Shown here: positions 1 through 9,421 of the stretch, one piece after another
Position numbering within the stretch: position 1 is the first letter of the stretch
Layout: every line of letters starts with the position of its first letter
Assembly: GCA_949289575.1 (NCBI GenBank)
Contig: CASEOG010000004.1
Span: 6,053 to 70,052, forward strand
Source of the DNA: an uncultured Spirochaetales bacterium
GTDB taxonomy: Bacteria > Spirochaetota > Spirochaetia > JAFGXN01
Direction: 5' to 3'
Length of the DNA: 64,000 nt
Notes under the pieces: generated by a model
The model's input: the letters and a program-made list of their open reading frames with translations, nothing else
The model's database searches: none
Told to the model about the DNA's origin: nothing
Translations under genes and position numbers: made by a program

Positions 1-744
1 AACGACAACGGTTTCTGTTCTTTTATCCGTTTTAAGGATCTGGCGAGTGACGAAGTAACGGTAGAAAACGTTTTTTCGTATCACAGCCGGAACGGTAAGA
101 GGCTGATGTTTGCTATTTACGGCAGGGATTCCGTAGAGATTTTCCGGAAAGTTTTCCGTTACGATTCGAACGGAAAAGTGACAAAAGAGGAAATCACTTA
201 TCCCCGCAAATCGTCGAAACCGTCCGATACGGTCGATTATATTTACGACGAGTCGGGAAATCCCGTGAAAAAGATAACGGTCAGAAACGCCACGGGTCGG
301 CAGCGGTCCGCAGAGTCTTTTTCCTACGGTGCAAACGGTCTGCTTCTCGGTAAAGAAACCGTTACTTTCGCCGATCGGGGAAAAACAAAAAAGACAGTCG
401 AACAATGGGAGTATAATTCCGCCGGGCAAAAAACAGCTTACCGAATTTCGGCAGAGAACAAAATTCGGAAAACGGAATATACTTATACCGAGGACGGAAA
501 AATTTACGAAGAAATCCGTTATGAAGACGGAAAGCAGCTTTCCCGTAAGGTTTACCATTACGAAAAAGGGGTCTGTGCCGCAGAACTGGTCAGTGACGGA
601 GAAGACCGGTTAACGTCGATTACACGTTTAAGTTACGACCAAAAAGGGAATTGGATTCAAAAGGTTATGTACCGCTTCGGTGAAAACAGCAAGCGGGTTG
701 AAGTTTACCAGATTGAAAAGCGGGAAATCCGTTACCGCCGCTGA
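1..744 (+). CDS. YD/RHS-like repeat protein, 5'-partial (C-terminal part)
   Basis: Frame is open from base 1 to TGA at 742-744. Repeated Y-x-Y-D/N-x-x-G motifs (YDSNGK, YDESGN, YNSAGQ, YTEDGK, YDQKGNW). No C-terminal toxin extension. Confidence 0.6.
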   Translation, partial: NDNGFCSFIRFKDLASDEVTVENVFSYHSRNGKRLMFAIYGRDSVEIFRKVFRYDSNGKVTKEEITYPRKSSKPSDTVDYIYDESGNPVKKITVRNATGRQRSAESFSYGANGLLLGKETVTFADRGKTKKTVEQWEYNSAGQKTAYRISAENKIRKTEYTYTEDGKIYEEIRYEDGKQLSRKVYHYEKGVCAAELVSDGEDRLTSITRLSYDQKGNWIQKVMYRFGENSKRVEVYQIEKREIRYRR

Positions 745-753
745 CCGGAAGTG

Positions 754-777
754 TCGGCGCGGGAAAGTCCGCGCCGA
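754..777. terminator. GC-rich hairpin between convergent genes, likely terminator
   Basis: TCGGCGCGG-GAAAGT-CCGCGCCGA perfect 9-bp stem between stops at 744 and 792; no strong U-tract. Confidence 0.55.
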
Positions 778-791
778 TTGATGAGTTCCGG

Positions 792-2762
792 TTACAGTGA
801 ACAGCTTTCTCCGTCGCAGAATTTTTCTCCCTCCGGGGTGGTTGTCACGAAAGAAAAGTCGACCGGTTTCAGGTTCTTGATTCTTTCTTCGTAGACCTCT
901 TTCGTGATCTCTTCGTACGGCATCTGCTGATAGCCGTTTTCCGTCAGCGGCAGCATGCTGATGGCTTTCAGGCTTTCTTCGAAAGCAGACAGAACGCGGG
1001 CAATATCTTTCTTTTCGTTTTCCTTAAATGTGACGGTAATCGAGACGTTGTTGTCGGCCCAGTAATACTGGTAATCGACGCAGTTTTTGACCTGCTCCCA
1101 GATAGAAACATCGGCTTTTTTGCGATCGAAAAATTTCTCGTGAACGGGAAATTCGATAACGGAGGTTTTCTTCTTTTCTTCTTCGGTCGACCCGTAAATC
1201 GAATATTCGATTTTGTAACCGGCTTTCCGTAATGCTTCGACAAGAGGCGAATTGCTGGCAATCCGAACCCGACGGATGTAATATTCCGAGTGGGGGTAGT
1301 GGATGCCGGGAGAAACGCCGGGCAGGAGACTGACGCTTCCCGACGGTTTGACGCTGGTGATTTTGATCGATTTCGGAATGCAGAGCCAGTCGGAATAGAT
1401 GTCGTCCAGCTCTCTCAGGTAGGTGTACCCTTTGTCGCACCATTGCAGCATTTCCCGGCGACCGTGGCGGACAAAAGCATCGATGATTCCCGACTGGCTG
1501 GTACCGATTCGTCTGTTTTTCATCAGAATGGCGTTGGTTTCTTCCCAATGGGTCGGCAGGAGAGTAACCGATTTGGCATACAGGTAGGCCGATTTGAGAG
1601 TTTCTCTGTATTCTTCGTAATTTTTGTGAAGTGAAGGGAATGTTTCGACCAGACAGCAGAGCTCCATCGACTCGAGTGTCTGTTCACCGCACGGGTTGAC
1701 ACCCATGGCCAGCTTGTCGGCATTGTAAACGGTGTCCTTCAGTCGTCCGTATTTACGGATGTTGGAAAGCCATACAATTCCGGGTTCTCCGTTGAGGGCA
1801 ATGGACCGGGCAATTTTCTCGTAATCGGTCTTTCCGATTTCGGCAAAAACCGAATTGTTGCTGGCCCAGCGGTGAGTTTTCATCTCTTCGGGAAACAGGT
1901 TGTAGTCTTTCATCGTGACATAATCCTGGTCGTCGTGAGCACCGATGGCAATTTCCGCGGATCTTCTGACATTTCCGGCCACAACACAGACCCCGATCAT
2001 ATTCATCAGGTCGACAATATCGGTAGAGGTCAGCTCGTGTCCGATTTTCGAATCGAGCAGTTTTTTGACGGAGTCAATCAGCCGAATCAGCGGATCCGGT
2101 CCGGAGGCGACACCGCCGAAACCGCGGATCGGAGCGCCGTAAGGTCGGATGTTCGAAAAATCGAATTCCGGCATTTTCTGTCCGAGAAAGTAGGCATCCA
2201 GAGTCAGTCCGAGTGCTTCAACCCAGCCTTCGCGCGTATCCGGGACGGTGAAGGAGAGGCCGTCTGCGGGGCGGGGCTGGCGAATTGTGCATTTACCGGC
2301 ACCTTTTGTATCGAACCCGATGCCGACACCGAGCATCAGAGCATCCATTGTCCAGGTAAAAGCAAGAGAGCCCCTTGTTTCGATATCGATTGTACTGACA
2401 AAACCGCAGTTGTTGAGAGCGGCCGATCCTTTTTCGATAATAAAATCGGTTCCCATCATCCAGAGTCCGCGTCCGGGAGGAAGAAATTTGAAGTTGAAGA
2501 TTTTGTCATACATAATTTGGGCCGATTTTTGGGCTTTGTGAGGTTTCCACGGCAACTTAAGCTTTCGGCAGTGGTCCTGCTGGATACTGAAGACACCCTC
2601 GACGACGCGGCGCACCGTTTCATACCATTTTTCGTTTCTGTTTTCTTCTTCGATTCGTCTGGAATAGGTTCTCAGGTAAACAAATTCTCCCAGCGGCCCC
2701 CAGGCAACCGGTCTGTCTTTGTATGATGCGATAAATTTTTCATCAAGTCCGAAAGTTCTCAT
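792..2762 (-). CDS. nrdJ: Class II adenosylcobalamin-dependent ribonucleotide reductase, monomeric RTPR-like
   Basis: Thiyl motif NPCGE, resolving cysteines (LNNCG, ELCCLVE), VKPSG motif, C-terminal CDGESC pair; no ATP cone. Start placed at ATG 2762 after GGAGGG. Confidence 0.92.
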   Translation of the reverse strand: MRTFGLDEKFIASYKDRPVAWGPLGEFVYLRTYSRRIEEENRNEKWYETVRRVVEGVFSIQQDHCRKLKLPWKPHKAQKSAQIMYDKIFNFKFLPPGRGLWMMGTDFIIEKGSAALNNCGFVSTIDIETRGSLAFTWTMDALMLGVGIGFDTKGAGKCTIRQPRPADGLSFTVPDTREGWVEALGLTLDAYFLGQKMPEFDFSNIRPYGAPIRGFGGVASGPDPLIRLIDSVKKLLDSKIGHELTSTDIVDLMNMIGVCVVAGNVRRSAEIAIGAHDDQDYVTMKDYNLFPEEMKTHRWASNNSVFAEIGKTDYEKIARSIALNGEPGIVWLSNIRKYGRLKDTVYNADKLAMGVNPCGEQTLESMELCCLVETFPSLHKNYEEYRETLKSAYLYAKSVTLLPTHWEETNAILMKNRRIGTSQSGIIDAFVRHGRREMLQWCDKGYTYLRELDDIYSDWLCIPKSIKITSVKPSGSVSLLPGVSPGIHYPHSEYYIRRVRIASNSPLVEALRKAGYKIEYSIYGSTEEEKKKTSVIEFPVHEKFFDRKKADVSIWEQVKNCVDYQYYWADNNVSITVTFKENEKKDIARVLSAFEESLKAISMLPLTENGYQQMPYEEITKEVYEERIKNLKPVDFSFVTTTPEGEKFCDGESCSL

Positions 2763-2774
2763 AATCCCTCCCAT

Positions 2775-2832
2775 GCACTTTCGATAGTGTTATACCGTCC
2801 GAATTGGTCGATTTTAACACTATATATGCTTG
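2775..2832. promoter_or_regulatory. Tandem NrdR-like boxes upstream of nrdJ
   Basis: GCACTTTCGATAGTGT (2775-2790) and ACACTATATATGCTTG (2817-2832) resemble the consensus acaCwAtATaTwGtgt and lie 42 bp apart. Confidence 0.7.
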
Positions 2833-2894
2833 TTTGAAAAAAATCAACGATTTTTTCCGGGCTTTTCAAATTTAATTTTTTGAAAAATTCCTTA

Positions 2895-2924
2895 TTGACT
2901 TTCCGTTTTATTTTCGGATATAGT
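2895..2924 (+). promoter_or_regulatory. sigma70-like promoter of the marR-efflux operon
   Basis: TTGACT-18 bp-TATAGT upstream of marR SD GAGGGG. Confidence 0.6.
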
Positions 2925-2935
2925 GATTGTAAAGT

Positions 2936-2945
2936 AAGTTAACTT
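2936..2945. promoter_or_regulatory. Palindromic operator candidate (MarR site 1)
   Basis: AAGTTAACTT just downstream of the predicted +1; the same palindrome recurs at 3476-3485. Confidence 0.6.
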
Positions 2946-2964
2946 TTTCGAGGGGTATAAGAAT

Positions 2965-3459
2965 ATGAAAAATCATGTTTCGCGAGAAGTCCTTCTTGAA
3001 TTTTTGAAGGCACTTGAGAAAATGAAAGGGTTTCCCCGCCTTATTAACGGAAAAATCAACGGGTTAAAGCATTCGGAAGTTTCCCTTATTTTTCTTATCG
3101 GTGAGTTAAGAGAAAAAAACCGGAAGGTTTTTGCCTCCGATTTATCCTCTGTTCTGCTTGTTTCGCGGGCAGCGGTGACCCCGACCATTCAGTTTCTGGG
3201 GAAGCACGGCTTTTTACGGCGGGAGACCGAAAATTCGGATGCGAGAAAGGCCGCACTTTATCTGACCGAAAAAGGAGAGCAGGCACTTCAGGCTGCCAAA
3301 GATTATCATTACCGGTTTTTCTCGCAGTTTGCCGAATCAATCGGAATGGAACGAGTTGTCGACCTGACGCAGCTGTTGAATCTTTTTTACGAATTTTTTT
3401 CTGCGGAGTTAAATACAAAAGAGAATGTAACCTTCCGCGGAAAAAATTGTTCTTGTTAA
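2965..3459 (+). CDS. MarR family transcriptional regulator
   Basis: 164 aa wHTH with pattern SDLSSVLLVSRAAVT...GFLRRE...DARKAALYLTEKG; heads an efflux operon. Confidence 0.88.
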   Translation: MKNHVSREVLLEFLKALEKMKGFPRLINGKINGLKHSEVSLIFLIGELREKNRKVFASDLSSVLLVSRAAVTPTIQFLGKHGFLRRETENSDARKAALYLTEKGEQALQAAKDYHYRFFSQFAESIGMERVVDLTQLLNLFYEFFSAELNTKENVTFRGKNCSC

Positions 3460-3474
3460 AAACAAATCGTTAAT

Positions 3475-3486
3475 TAAGTTAACTTA
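3475..3486. promoter_or_regulatory. Palindromic operator candidate (MarR site 2)
   Basis: Perfect 12-bp palindrome TAAGTTAACTTA between the marR stop and the tolC SD. Confidence 0.6.
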
Positions 3487-3504
3487 CAGAAAGAAGGAGA
3501 GATA

Positions 3505-4920
3505 ATGAAAAACAAACTTTATGTTGTTTCTTTTTTGCTTTTCTTTTCGACAGCGATTTTTGCCGAGTCCTACGAGCTTTCGCCCGATGACGCGGTTAAT
3601 ATTGCGTTGAAAAACAATCTGGAATTGAAAACATCGGAGATCAACTTAAAAACAAAGCTCAGAAACAAAAAACAGGTCTATAACCAGCTGGTTCCTTCGC
3701 TTTCGGCCGGTGTTTCGGTCAGTCGTTCCAATCTGAACCCGGGTGAGACTTACAAAAAAATGTTTTCATCCGGAAGCGGAACGGGCGGAGCTTCTCCGAT
3801 TCCTTCATCCGTTTATCCCGACTGGAGTGCGACCTTTCAGCTGAACGGTACTTTTGCGTTGAACGGAGCCTTTTTTACGGCGATTGAAACGGTCAGAAAC
3901 GATTACACAGCCGGTTTGATTTCCTATGAAGATGCCAAGGCTTCTTTGGCGAAAAGCATCAAACAGGCCTATTTCGATCTGGTTTATCTCGAAGAGAACG
4001 TTAAACTTCTGCAGGAGAGTCTCGATCTTGCCGAAAAACGTTATCTTCAGGCACAGAGAAATTACAACAGCGGTCTTGTTCCCGATGTCGACCTGCTGCA
4101 GGCGCAGGTCTCGATGGAAAATGTCCGGCCTCAGCTTTTGCAGGCTCAAAACAATTACGATACGGCCGTCATGCAGTTTAAAATTAATTTGGGACTGGAC
4201 CTTGAAGACACCGTTTCTCTCGACAGCGGGGCATTGGACAGTGCCGATGCCTTGCAGATCGAACTGGATGCCGCCAGACTTTCGAACGAATATTTAAACG
4301 AACGCTATGATATTCAGACAATCCGTGCGAATATCGATCTCCTGGAATCATCCAAAAAATCGACAATGGCAGCCGCTATGTCTCCGACGTTTACACTTTC
4401 GGCAGGTTATCTTCCCCGTATCGGTATCTTCGGGTCCGACGTAGCCGATGCGGATAAAAATGCACAGTATAAAGACTGGCTTGATTCCGGCAACGTGTCG
4501 TTCGGACTTTCCATTCCGATTGATACACTGATTCCGGGAACTTCTACATATACAAAAACGGCCGAAATTCAGGATTCGATCGACAGTATGCAGGTATCAC
4601 TGGAAAATGCGATCCGGTTCGCCGATCTGGAAATCAAATCGATTGTGATGAATATCGAGAATGCCAGAGAACAGTTGGAGGTTTATAAATCTTCCGTTAA
4701 TCTGGCGCAAACGGTCTATAACCGATATTCCGACGGTTATCGATTGGGAACGGTCGAGATTTTGGATTTTGAAAATGTCGAAAATCAGCTCAATCAGGCA
4801 CGGTTGAATTTAGTCAGCGGAAAAGTGACGCTGGCGAAGGCGCTGATGGATTTGGAATACGCTTTGAATCGCAGTTTAAGCGAAATCAGAGAAAACGATA
4901 TTGAGGAGATTGAACAATGA
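3505..4920 (+). CDS. TolC family outer-membrane efflux protein
   Basis: Signal peptide; OEP features (AVNIALKNNLEL, QAYFDL, YNSGLVPDVDLLQAQ, YRLGTVEILD); precedes adaptor and RND genes. Confidence 0.88.
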   Translation: MKNKLYVVSFLLFFSTAIFAESYELSPDDAVNIALKNNLELKTSEINLKTKLRNKKQVYNQLVPSLSAGVSVSRSNLNPGETYKKMFSSGSGTGGASPIPSSVYPDWSATFQLNGTFALNGAFFTAIETVRNDYTAGLISYEDAKASLAKSIKQAYFDLVYLEENVKLLQESLDLAEKRYLQAQRNYNSGLVPDVDLLQAQVSMENVRPQLLQAQNNYDTAVMQFKINLGLDLEDTVSLDSGALDSADALQIELDAARLSNEYLNERYDIQTIRANIDLLESSKKSTMAAAMSPTFTLSAGYLPRIGIFGSDVADADKNAQYKDWLDSGNVSFGLSIPIDTLIPGTSTYTKTAEIQDSIDSMQVSLENAIRFADLEIKSIVMNIENAREQLEVYKSSVNLAQTVYNRYSDGYRLGTVEILDFENVENQLNQARLNLVSGKVTLAKALMDLEYALNRSLSEIRENDIEEIEQ

Positions 4921-5939
4921 AAAAGATTTTCATTCCGGCGGCCTTCGCTTTGGCCGGTCTTTTGATTTTGAGCGGATGCAAAAAAGAACAGGCGCAGGAA
5001 GGTGAAACCGTTCAAATTTATGCGGTACGGACTGCTCCTGTTACCGCCGGCGAAATTCAGGATTATATCAAACTTTCCGGTGAAATCATTACGAAAATTA
5101 ATGTCGATGCTTATGCCGATGTTTCTTACGGACGGATTCGGCAGCTGCAGGTTGACGTCGGCGATTATGTCCGCCGTAATCAGGTTATCGCCTATGTTGA
5201 CCCGTCGACTCCGGGAACGGTGTATAATCTGAGCCCCGTTGTGGCTCCGATTTCCGGTTACATTACTCACCGAAACGGACAAATCGGTTCAACGGTGACT
5301 TCGGCGACGGCCATCTACCGTATCGGCGACCTGACTCAGCTGCGGATGCTGACAAGCACTCCGGAGCGTTATGTTTCCAAAATTTACGGCAATCAAAAGG
5401 CTGAAATCACGTTGGAAGCTTTTCCGGGAAAGATCGTAACAGCTCGGGTTGCCGAAATCAGTCCTGTTTTGGATACGGTCAGCCGGACAATGGATGTTTG
5501 GCTGGAGTTTACTTCATCTATCGAAGGATTTAAACCGGGAATGTTCGGAACCGTTAAACTTTTCACCGATTACAAAGACAATATCATTAAATTGCCGGTT
5601 GATACGGTCGTTACACGGTTTAATGAAAATTTCGTGTTTGTTCTTTCCGACGAGGCGGTTGAGATTGATAATCCCGATTACATCAGCGAAAGCGAAACGC
5701 CGGGCATTCCTCAGAAAATCATGCAGCCGACAGTAGAACGGCGCTTGGTGGAGCAGGGAATTCGGATTGACGGAACTGTTGAAATCACAAGCGGTTTGAC
5801 ACTTGACGACATTGTTGTTATTGAAGGACAGGGACAGTTGGACGACGGCGTTTTGGTTCGCATTATTAATGAAGATGAAGCGGCCGAAGGCAAAGAGGAA
5901 GTCGTCGAAACGGAAATTGTTGAAGAAGTTGCGGAGTAA
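4917..5939 (+). CDS. RND efflux periplasmic adaptor (MFP), lipoprotein
   Basis: Lipobox LSGC, lipoyl-like VDVGDYV...VAPISG, FKPGMFG, SGLTLDDIVVIEGQ. Confidence 0.88.
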   Translation: MKKIFIPAAFALAGLLILSGCKKEQAQEGETVQIYAVRTAPVTAGEIQDYIKLSGEIITKINVDAYADVSYGRIRQLQVDVGDYVRRNQVIAYVDPSTPGTVYNLSPVVAPISGYITHRNGQIGSTVTSATAIYRIGDLTQLRMLTSTPERYVSKIYGNQKAEITLEAFPGKIVTARVAEISPVLDTVSRTMDVWLEFTSSIEGFKPGMFGTVKLFTDYKDNIIKLPVDTVVTRFNENFVFVLSDEAVEIDNPDYISESETPGIPQKIMQPTVERRLVEQGIRIDGTVEITSGLTLDDIVVIEGQGQLDDGVLVRIINEDEAAEGKEEVVETEIVEEVAE

Positions 5940-5944
5940 AAACT

Positions 5945-8900
5945 ATGATAGCGAAAACGGTTGTTAATAAGCCGGTAACGATTCTGGTGCTCTTTGTCCT
6001 GATTTTGGGCATCGGCGCTTACGTCTCTTCCGGTTTGGATATCGACCTCTACCCCGAAATGGATCCGCCCGTTCTGTTGGTTTTTACCGAGTATGACGGC
6101 GCCGGTCCCGAGCAGGTTGAGGAGCATGTAACCCGTATTCTGGAAGGTAACCTTACCAACGTTACGAATATTAAAGAGATTCGTTCGATATCGCAACGCG
6201 ATCAGAGTATGGTTATTTTGGAATTTGAATGGGGAGAGGATTTGGCGGAAGCGGCGGCCGACGCCCGCGACAAAATCGAATTTGTGACGGGAATGCTGCC
6301 GGATGAGGCGGAGAGTCCGCAGCTGCTGAAATTTGACCCATCGATGCAGCCGATTGTTTATCTGACGCTGATCGGAAATAAAAATGAAATTGAAATGTAC
6401 GAGTTGGCGGACGATATTGTCGTTCCTCGTCTGGAGCAGATTTCCGGCGTTGCATCGGCCAGCATCTCAGGTTTGACCGAGCCGATTGTTCGTATTGAAG
6501 CGGATCAGAACCGCCTCGATGCTTTCGGATTGACGTTGACGGGTGCCGCCAACGGTCTTTTCAATAAAATTTCCACACAGAACACCAACACCTCCGGCGG
6601 TGAAATTGACGACGGTAAAAAAGCGTATCTGGTAAAAACAACCGGCGAGTATGCGTCGTTAGAGGAGATTGCCGACACGGTCGTTTCCGTTACATCAACG
6701 GGCAACATGGTCCGCCTCTCCGATTTGGCTGAAGTCAAAATGGGGCAGGAAGATCTTTCGCAGATTGTTACGATTGACGGGCAGAGGTCGATGTCGATTC
6801 CTGTCCGCAAACAGAGCGGCGGAAACAGTGTGGCGGTCGCTGATTCGGTTTTGGCTCGCGTCGATGAAATCAACCGCGATCTGCCGGCCGGTGTCAGACT
6901 CGAAGTTCTGTATGACAGTACGAAGATGATTCGTTCCGCCATTGATTCGGTTGTGGAAAACCTCTTTTCCGGTATGGCGCTGGCGATGGCGGTTCTTTTC
7001 CTCTTTTTGCGGGTCATTAAAAGTACGCTGATTATCGGTTTGTCGATTCCGATTTCGTTGCTGATCACGATGACGTGTATGTATTTTGCGGGATTGACGC
7101 TGAACATGCTGACGATGACCGGATTGGTTCTCGGTTTGGGTATGATCGTCGACTCGTCCATCGTTGTTTTGGAAAACGTCTTCTCATACCGTGAAAAAGG
7201 CGCGAAGCACAAAACGGCCGCCATCTTAGGCGCTACCGAGATGATAGGGGCTATCACAGGTTCGACACTGACGACGGTCTGCGTCTTCATTCCGGTTATC
7301 ATGTTCCGGAGCGAGTTGGAGTTCCTCGGAGTTTTGACCGGCGATTTGGCATTTACAATTGTCATCGCGCTGATGTCTTCGCTTTTTGTCGCCGTCACTC
7401 TGGTTCCGGTTTTGTGCAGTACTTATCTGAAACTGACACCGCGTTCTCAGAATCCGATCCGCATCCGCTGGCTGGCGAAGGTTGACGATTGGTTTGCTGC
7501 CGGTTTGGACAAACTCGATTCCGGGTACCGCGCATTGCTGAAGCGATGTCTGGATAAACGCTGGATTGTTGTCGGCGTTGTCTTCCTCTTCTTTGTGGCA
7601 TCGATTATGATTATTCCTTATTTGGGATTCGACTTTATGCCGCCGAGTTCGGACGACTCAGTCACTTTGGAAATGACGCTTCCCGAAGGAACCCGCGTTG
7701 AAACGACGATGGAAAATTTGGAGGCGCTGAAGCTGATTGTTGATAAAGAGGTGACCGGAACCGATCGGATCGTTTACACAGCCGGTTCGAGCAACGGTGT
7801 GTCGGCGGCTGAAACCAATGTCGGAACGATTCAGTTTATTCTGCCGGAATTTGACGAACGGACAACGACAGTCGATGATATCAAAGCGATTATGCGGCCG
7901 CATTTTTACAAATTCCCCGACGCCATTTTTTCGTTTACTGAACGGTCGATGGGCGGCAGCAGCCACGATATCGACATCGTTATCAAAACCGACGATTTGG
8001 ATAAAGGAAAACGTATCGGTTTGGAAATCATCGATTTATTGAAAGAGCATGTTCCCGATGTTCTTGAACCGGATATCGATATGAAGGACGGTCTTCCGCA
8101 GGCAGAAATCATCATCAATCGTCAGAAAGCGTATGCGTTGGGAATCGATATGTACAGCGCCGGCCGCGAAATTTTGGCTTCCGTCGACGGTATTCAGTGC
8201 GGTTATTACCGTACCGGCGGCGACGAGTATGAAATCCATCTGATGTTCCGAGAAGAAGACCGTGCCAATTTGGTTGATTTGGAAACCATTACCGTTTCCA
8301 ACAGTAGTTCGCAGAAGATTCCCGTTGCCAGTTTCGCAACTGTTGAGGTGACTGAAGGTCCGGTGACCATCAACCGTGAGGATCAAATCCGTGTCATTCA
8401 CATCGAAGCCGATATGTCCGACAATACGTCGCTTTCGGAAGTGACCTCGCAGATTAAGGCGGTTATCGATCGTTATCTGATTCTTGACGACGATGTCATT
8501 ATTACTTACGGCGGCGATTACGAAGATATGCAGAACATCGGTATGAAGCTCATTGCCATCGTTTTGATTGCTCTGGCGTTGGTTTTCGGCGTTATGGCGA
8601 GTCAGTTCGAAGACCTTCTGAATCCGTTCATCATCTTTCTTTCAATGTTTACGATGAGTATCGGTGTTGTCGGCGTTTATCTGATTACAGGTCAGGCGAT
8701 GAGTACCTTTTCGATTATGGGCGTCGTTATGTTGCTGGGAATGGTTGTCAATAACGGTATCGTTTTGGTTGACTACACCAATCTGCTGGTCAGCCGCGGA
8801 ATGCCGATTTACGAAGCGTGCATTGCCGCCGGAGGAAGCCGTTTGCGTCCGGTTCTGATGACCACACTGACGACGATTCTCGGTATGTATCCGCTTGCGG

Positions 8901-9139
8901 TTTCTGAAGGCGAAGGATCGACGCTGATTCAGCCGATCGGATTGACGATTTTGGGCGGAATGACGACAAACACCATTATGACGCTGGTTTTGGTTCCTTG
9001 TTTGTATTATATCTTTAATAAAACCCGTTACGAAAAGCGGCAGCAGCGCGAAAAAGCCAGACGCCAGAGAGAATTGGAAAACCGCCGTCTGATTGAAGAG
9101 CGCAGAAAGGAAAAGGAGGCGGCTCGTGAAACGAATTGA
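5945..9139 (+). CDS. AcrB/AcrD/AcrF family RND permease
   Basis: 1064 aa, 12-TM pattern, GMIVDSSIVVLEN (TM4), RLRPVLMTTLTT (TM11); extra charged C-terminal tail. Confidence 0.93.
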   Translation: MIAKTVVNKPVTILVLFVLILGIGAYVSSGLDIDLYPEMDPPVLLVFTEYDGAGPEQVEEHVTRILEGNLTNVTNIKEIRSISQRDQSMVILEFEWGEDLAEAAADARDKIEFVTGMLPDEAESPQLLKFDPSMQPIVYLTLIGNKNEIEMYELADDIVVPRLEQISGVASASISGLTEPIVRIEADQNRLDAFGLTLTGAANGLFNKISTQNTNTSGGEIDDGKKAYLVKTTGEYASLEEIADTVVSVTSTGNMVRLSDLAEVKMGQEDLSQIVTIDGQRSMSIPVRKQSGGNSVAVADSVLARVDEINRDLPAGVRLEVLYDSTKMIRSAIDSVVENLFSGMALAMAVLFLFLRVIKSTLIIGLSIPISLLITMTCMYFAGLTLNMLTMTGLVLGLGMIVDSSIVVLENVFSYREKGAKHKTAAILGATEMIGAITGSTLTTVCVFIPVIMFRSELEFLGVLTGDLAFTIVIALMSSLFVAVTLVPVLCSTYLKLTPRSQNPIRIRWLAKVDDWFAAGLDKLDSGYRALLKRCLDKRWIVVGVVFLFFVASIMIIPYLGFDFMPPSSDDSVTLEMTLPEGTRVETTMENLEALKLIVDKEVTGTDRIVYTAGSSNGVSAAETNVGTIQFILPEFDERTTTVDDIKAIMRPHFYKFPDAIFSFTERSMGGSSHDIDIVIKTDDLDKGKRIGLEIIDLLKEHVPDVLEPDIDMKDGLPQAEIIINRQKAYALGIDMYSAGREILASVDGIQCGYYRTGGDEYEIHLMFREEDRANLVDLETITVSNSSSQKIPVASFATVEVTEGPVTINREDQIRVIHIEADMSDNTSLSEVTSQIKAVIDRYLILDDDVIITYGGDYEDMQNIGMKLIAIVLIALALVFGVMASQFEDLLNPFIIFLSMFTMSIGVVGVYLITGQAMSTFSIMGVVMLLGMVVNNGIVLVDYTNLLVSRGMPIYEACIAAGGSRLRPVLMTTLTTILGMYPLAVSEGEGSTLIQPIGLTILGGMTTNTIMTLVLVPCLYYIFNKTRYEKRQQREKARRQRELENRRLIEERRKEKEAARETN

Positions 9140-9413
9140 CATCATCTGCAATAACTCCATTTTTGAAGATGTGCAGGAAATTCTTTTGGAATTGCAGGTT
9201 AAAGCGTACACGAAAATCGAAAACGTCCACGGCGTCGGAACAGAAGGACAAAAGTGGGGAGACGCCGTCTGGCCGCAGGAGAACTTTATTTTGACAATTT
9301 ATTGTCCGATCGATGAAGTTTCCAAAATTGTCGATAACTTTCGTGATTTGAAAACCCGTTTTCCGACCGAAGGACTCAAGTTGTTTCTTTCGGATGCTGA
9401 AATGCTTTTATAG
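9126..9413 (+). CDS. Small PII-like transporter-associated protein (PG0541-like)
   Basis: GTG start after GGAGG overlapping the RND end; 95 aa with YT..ENVHGVG...GDAVWPQEN, resembling PII-fold proteins encoded after RND pumps. Confidence 0.7.
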   Translation: MKRIDIICNNSIFEDVQEILLELQVKAYTKIENVHGVGTEGQKWGDAVWPQENFILTIYCPIDEVSKIVDNFRDLKTRFPTEGLKLFLSDAEMLL

Positions 9414-9421
9414 GAGAGAGA

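Noticed and set aside
792..2762. Intein or intron in nrdJ (also considered for recA)
   Set aside because: Both ORFs are normal length and continuous, with no splicing or homing-endonuclease motifs.
2838..2886. Two AT-rich inverted repeats (AAAAAATC/GATTTTTT and TTTTCAAA/TTTGAAAA) between nrdJ and marR
   Set aside because: Low complexity, plausible by chance in AT-rich intergenic DNA, and not seen repeated elsewhere.
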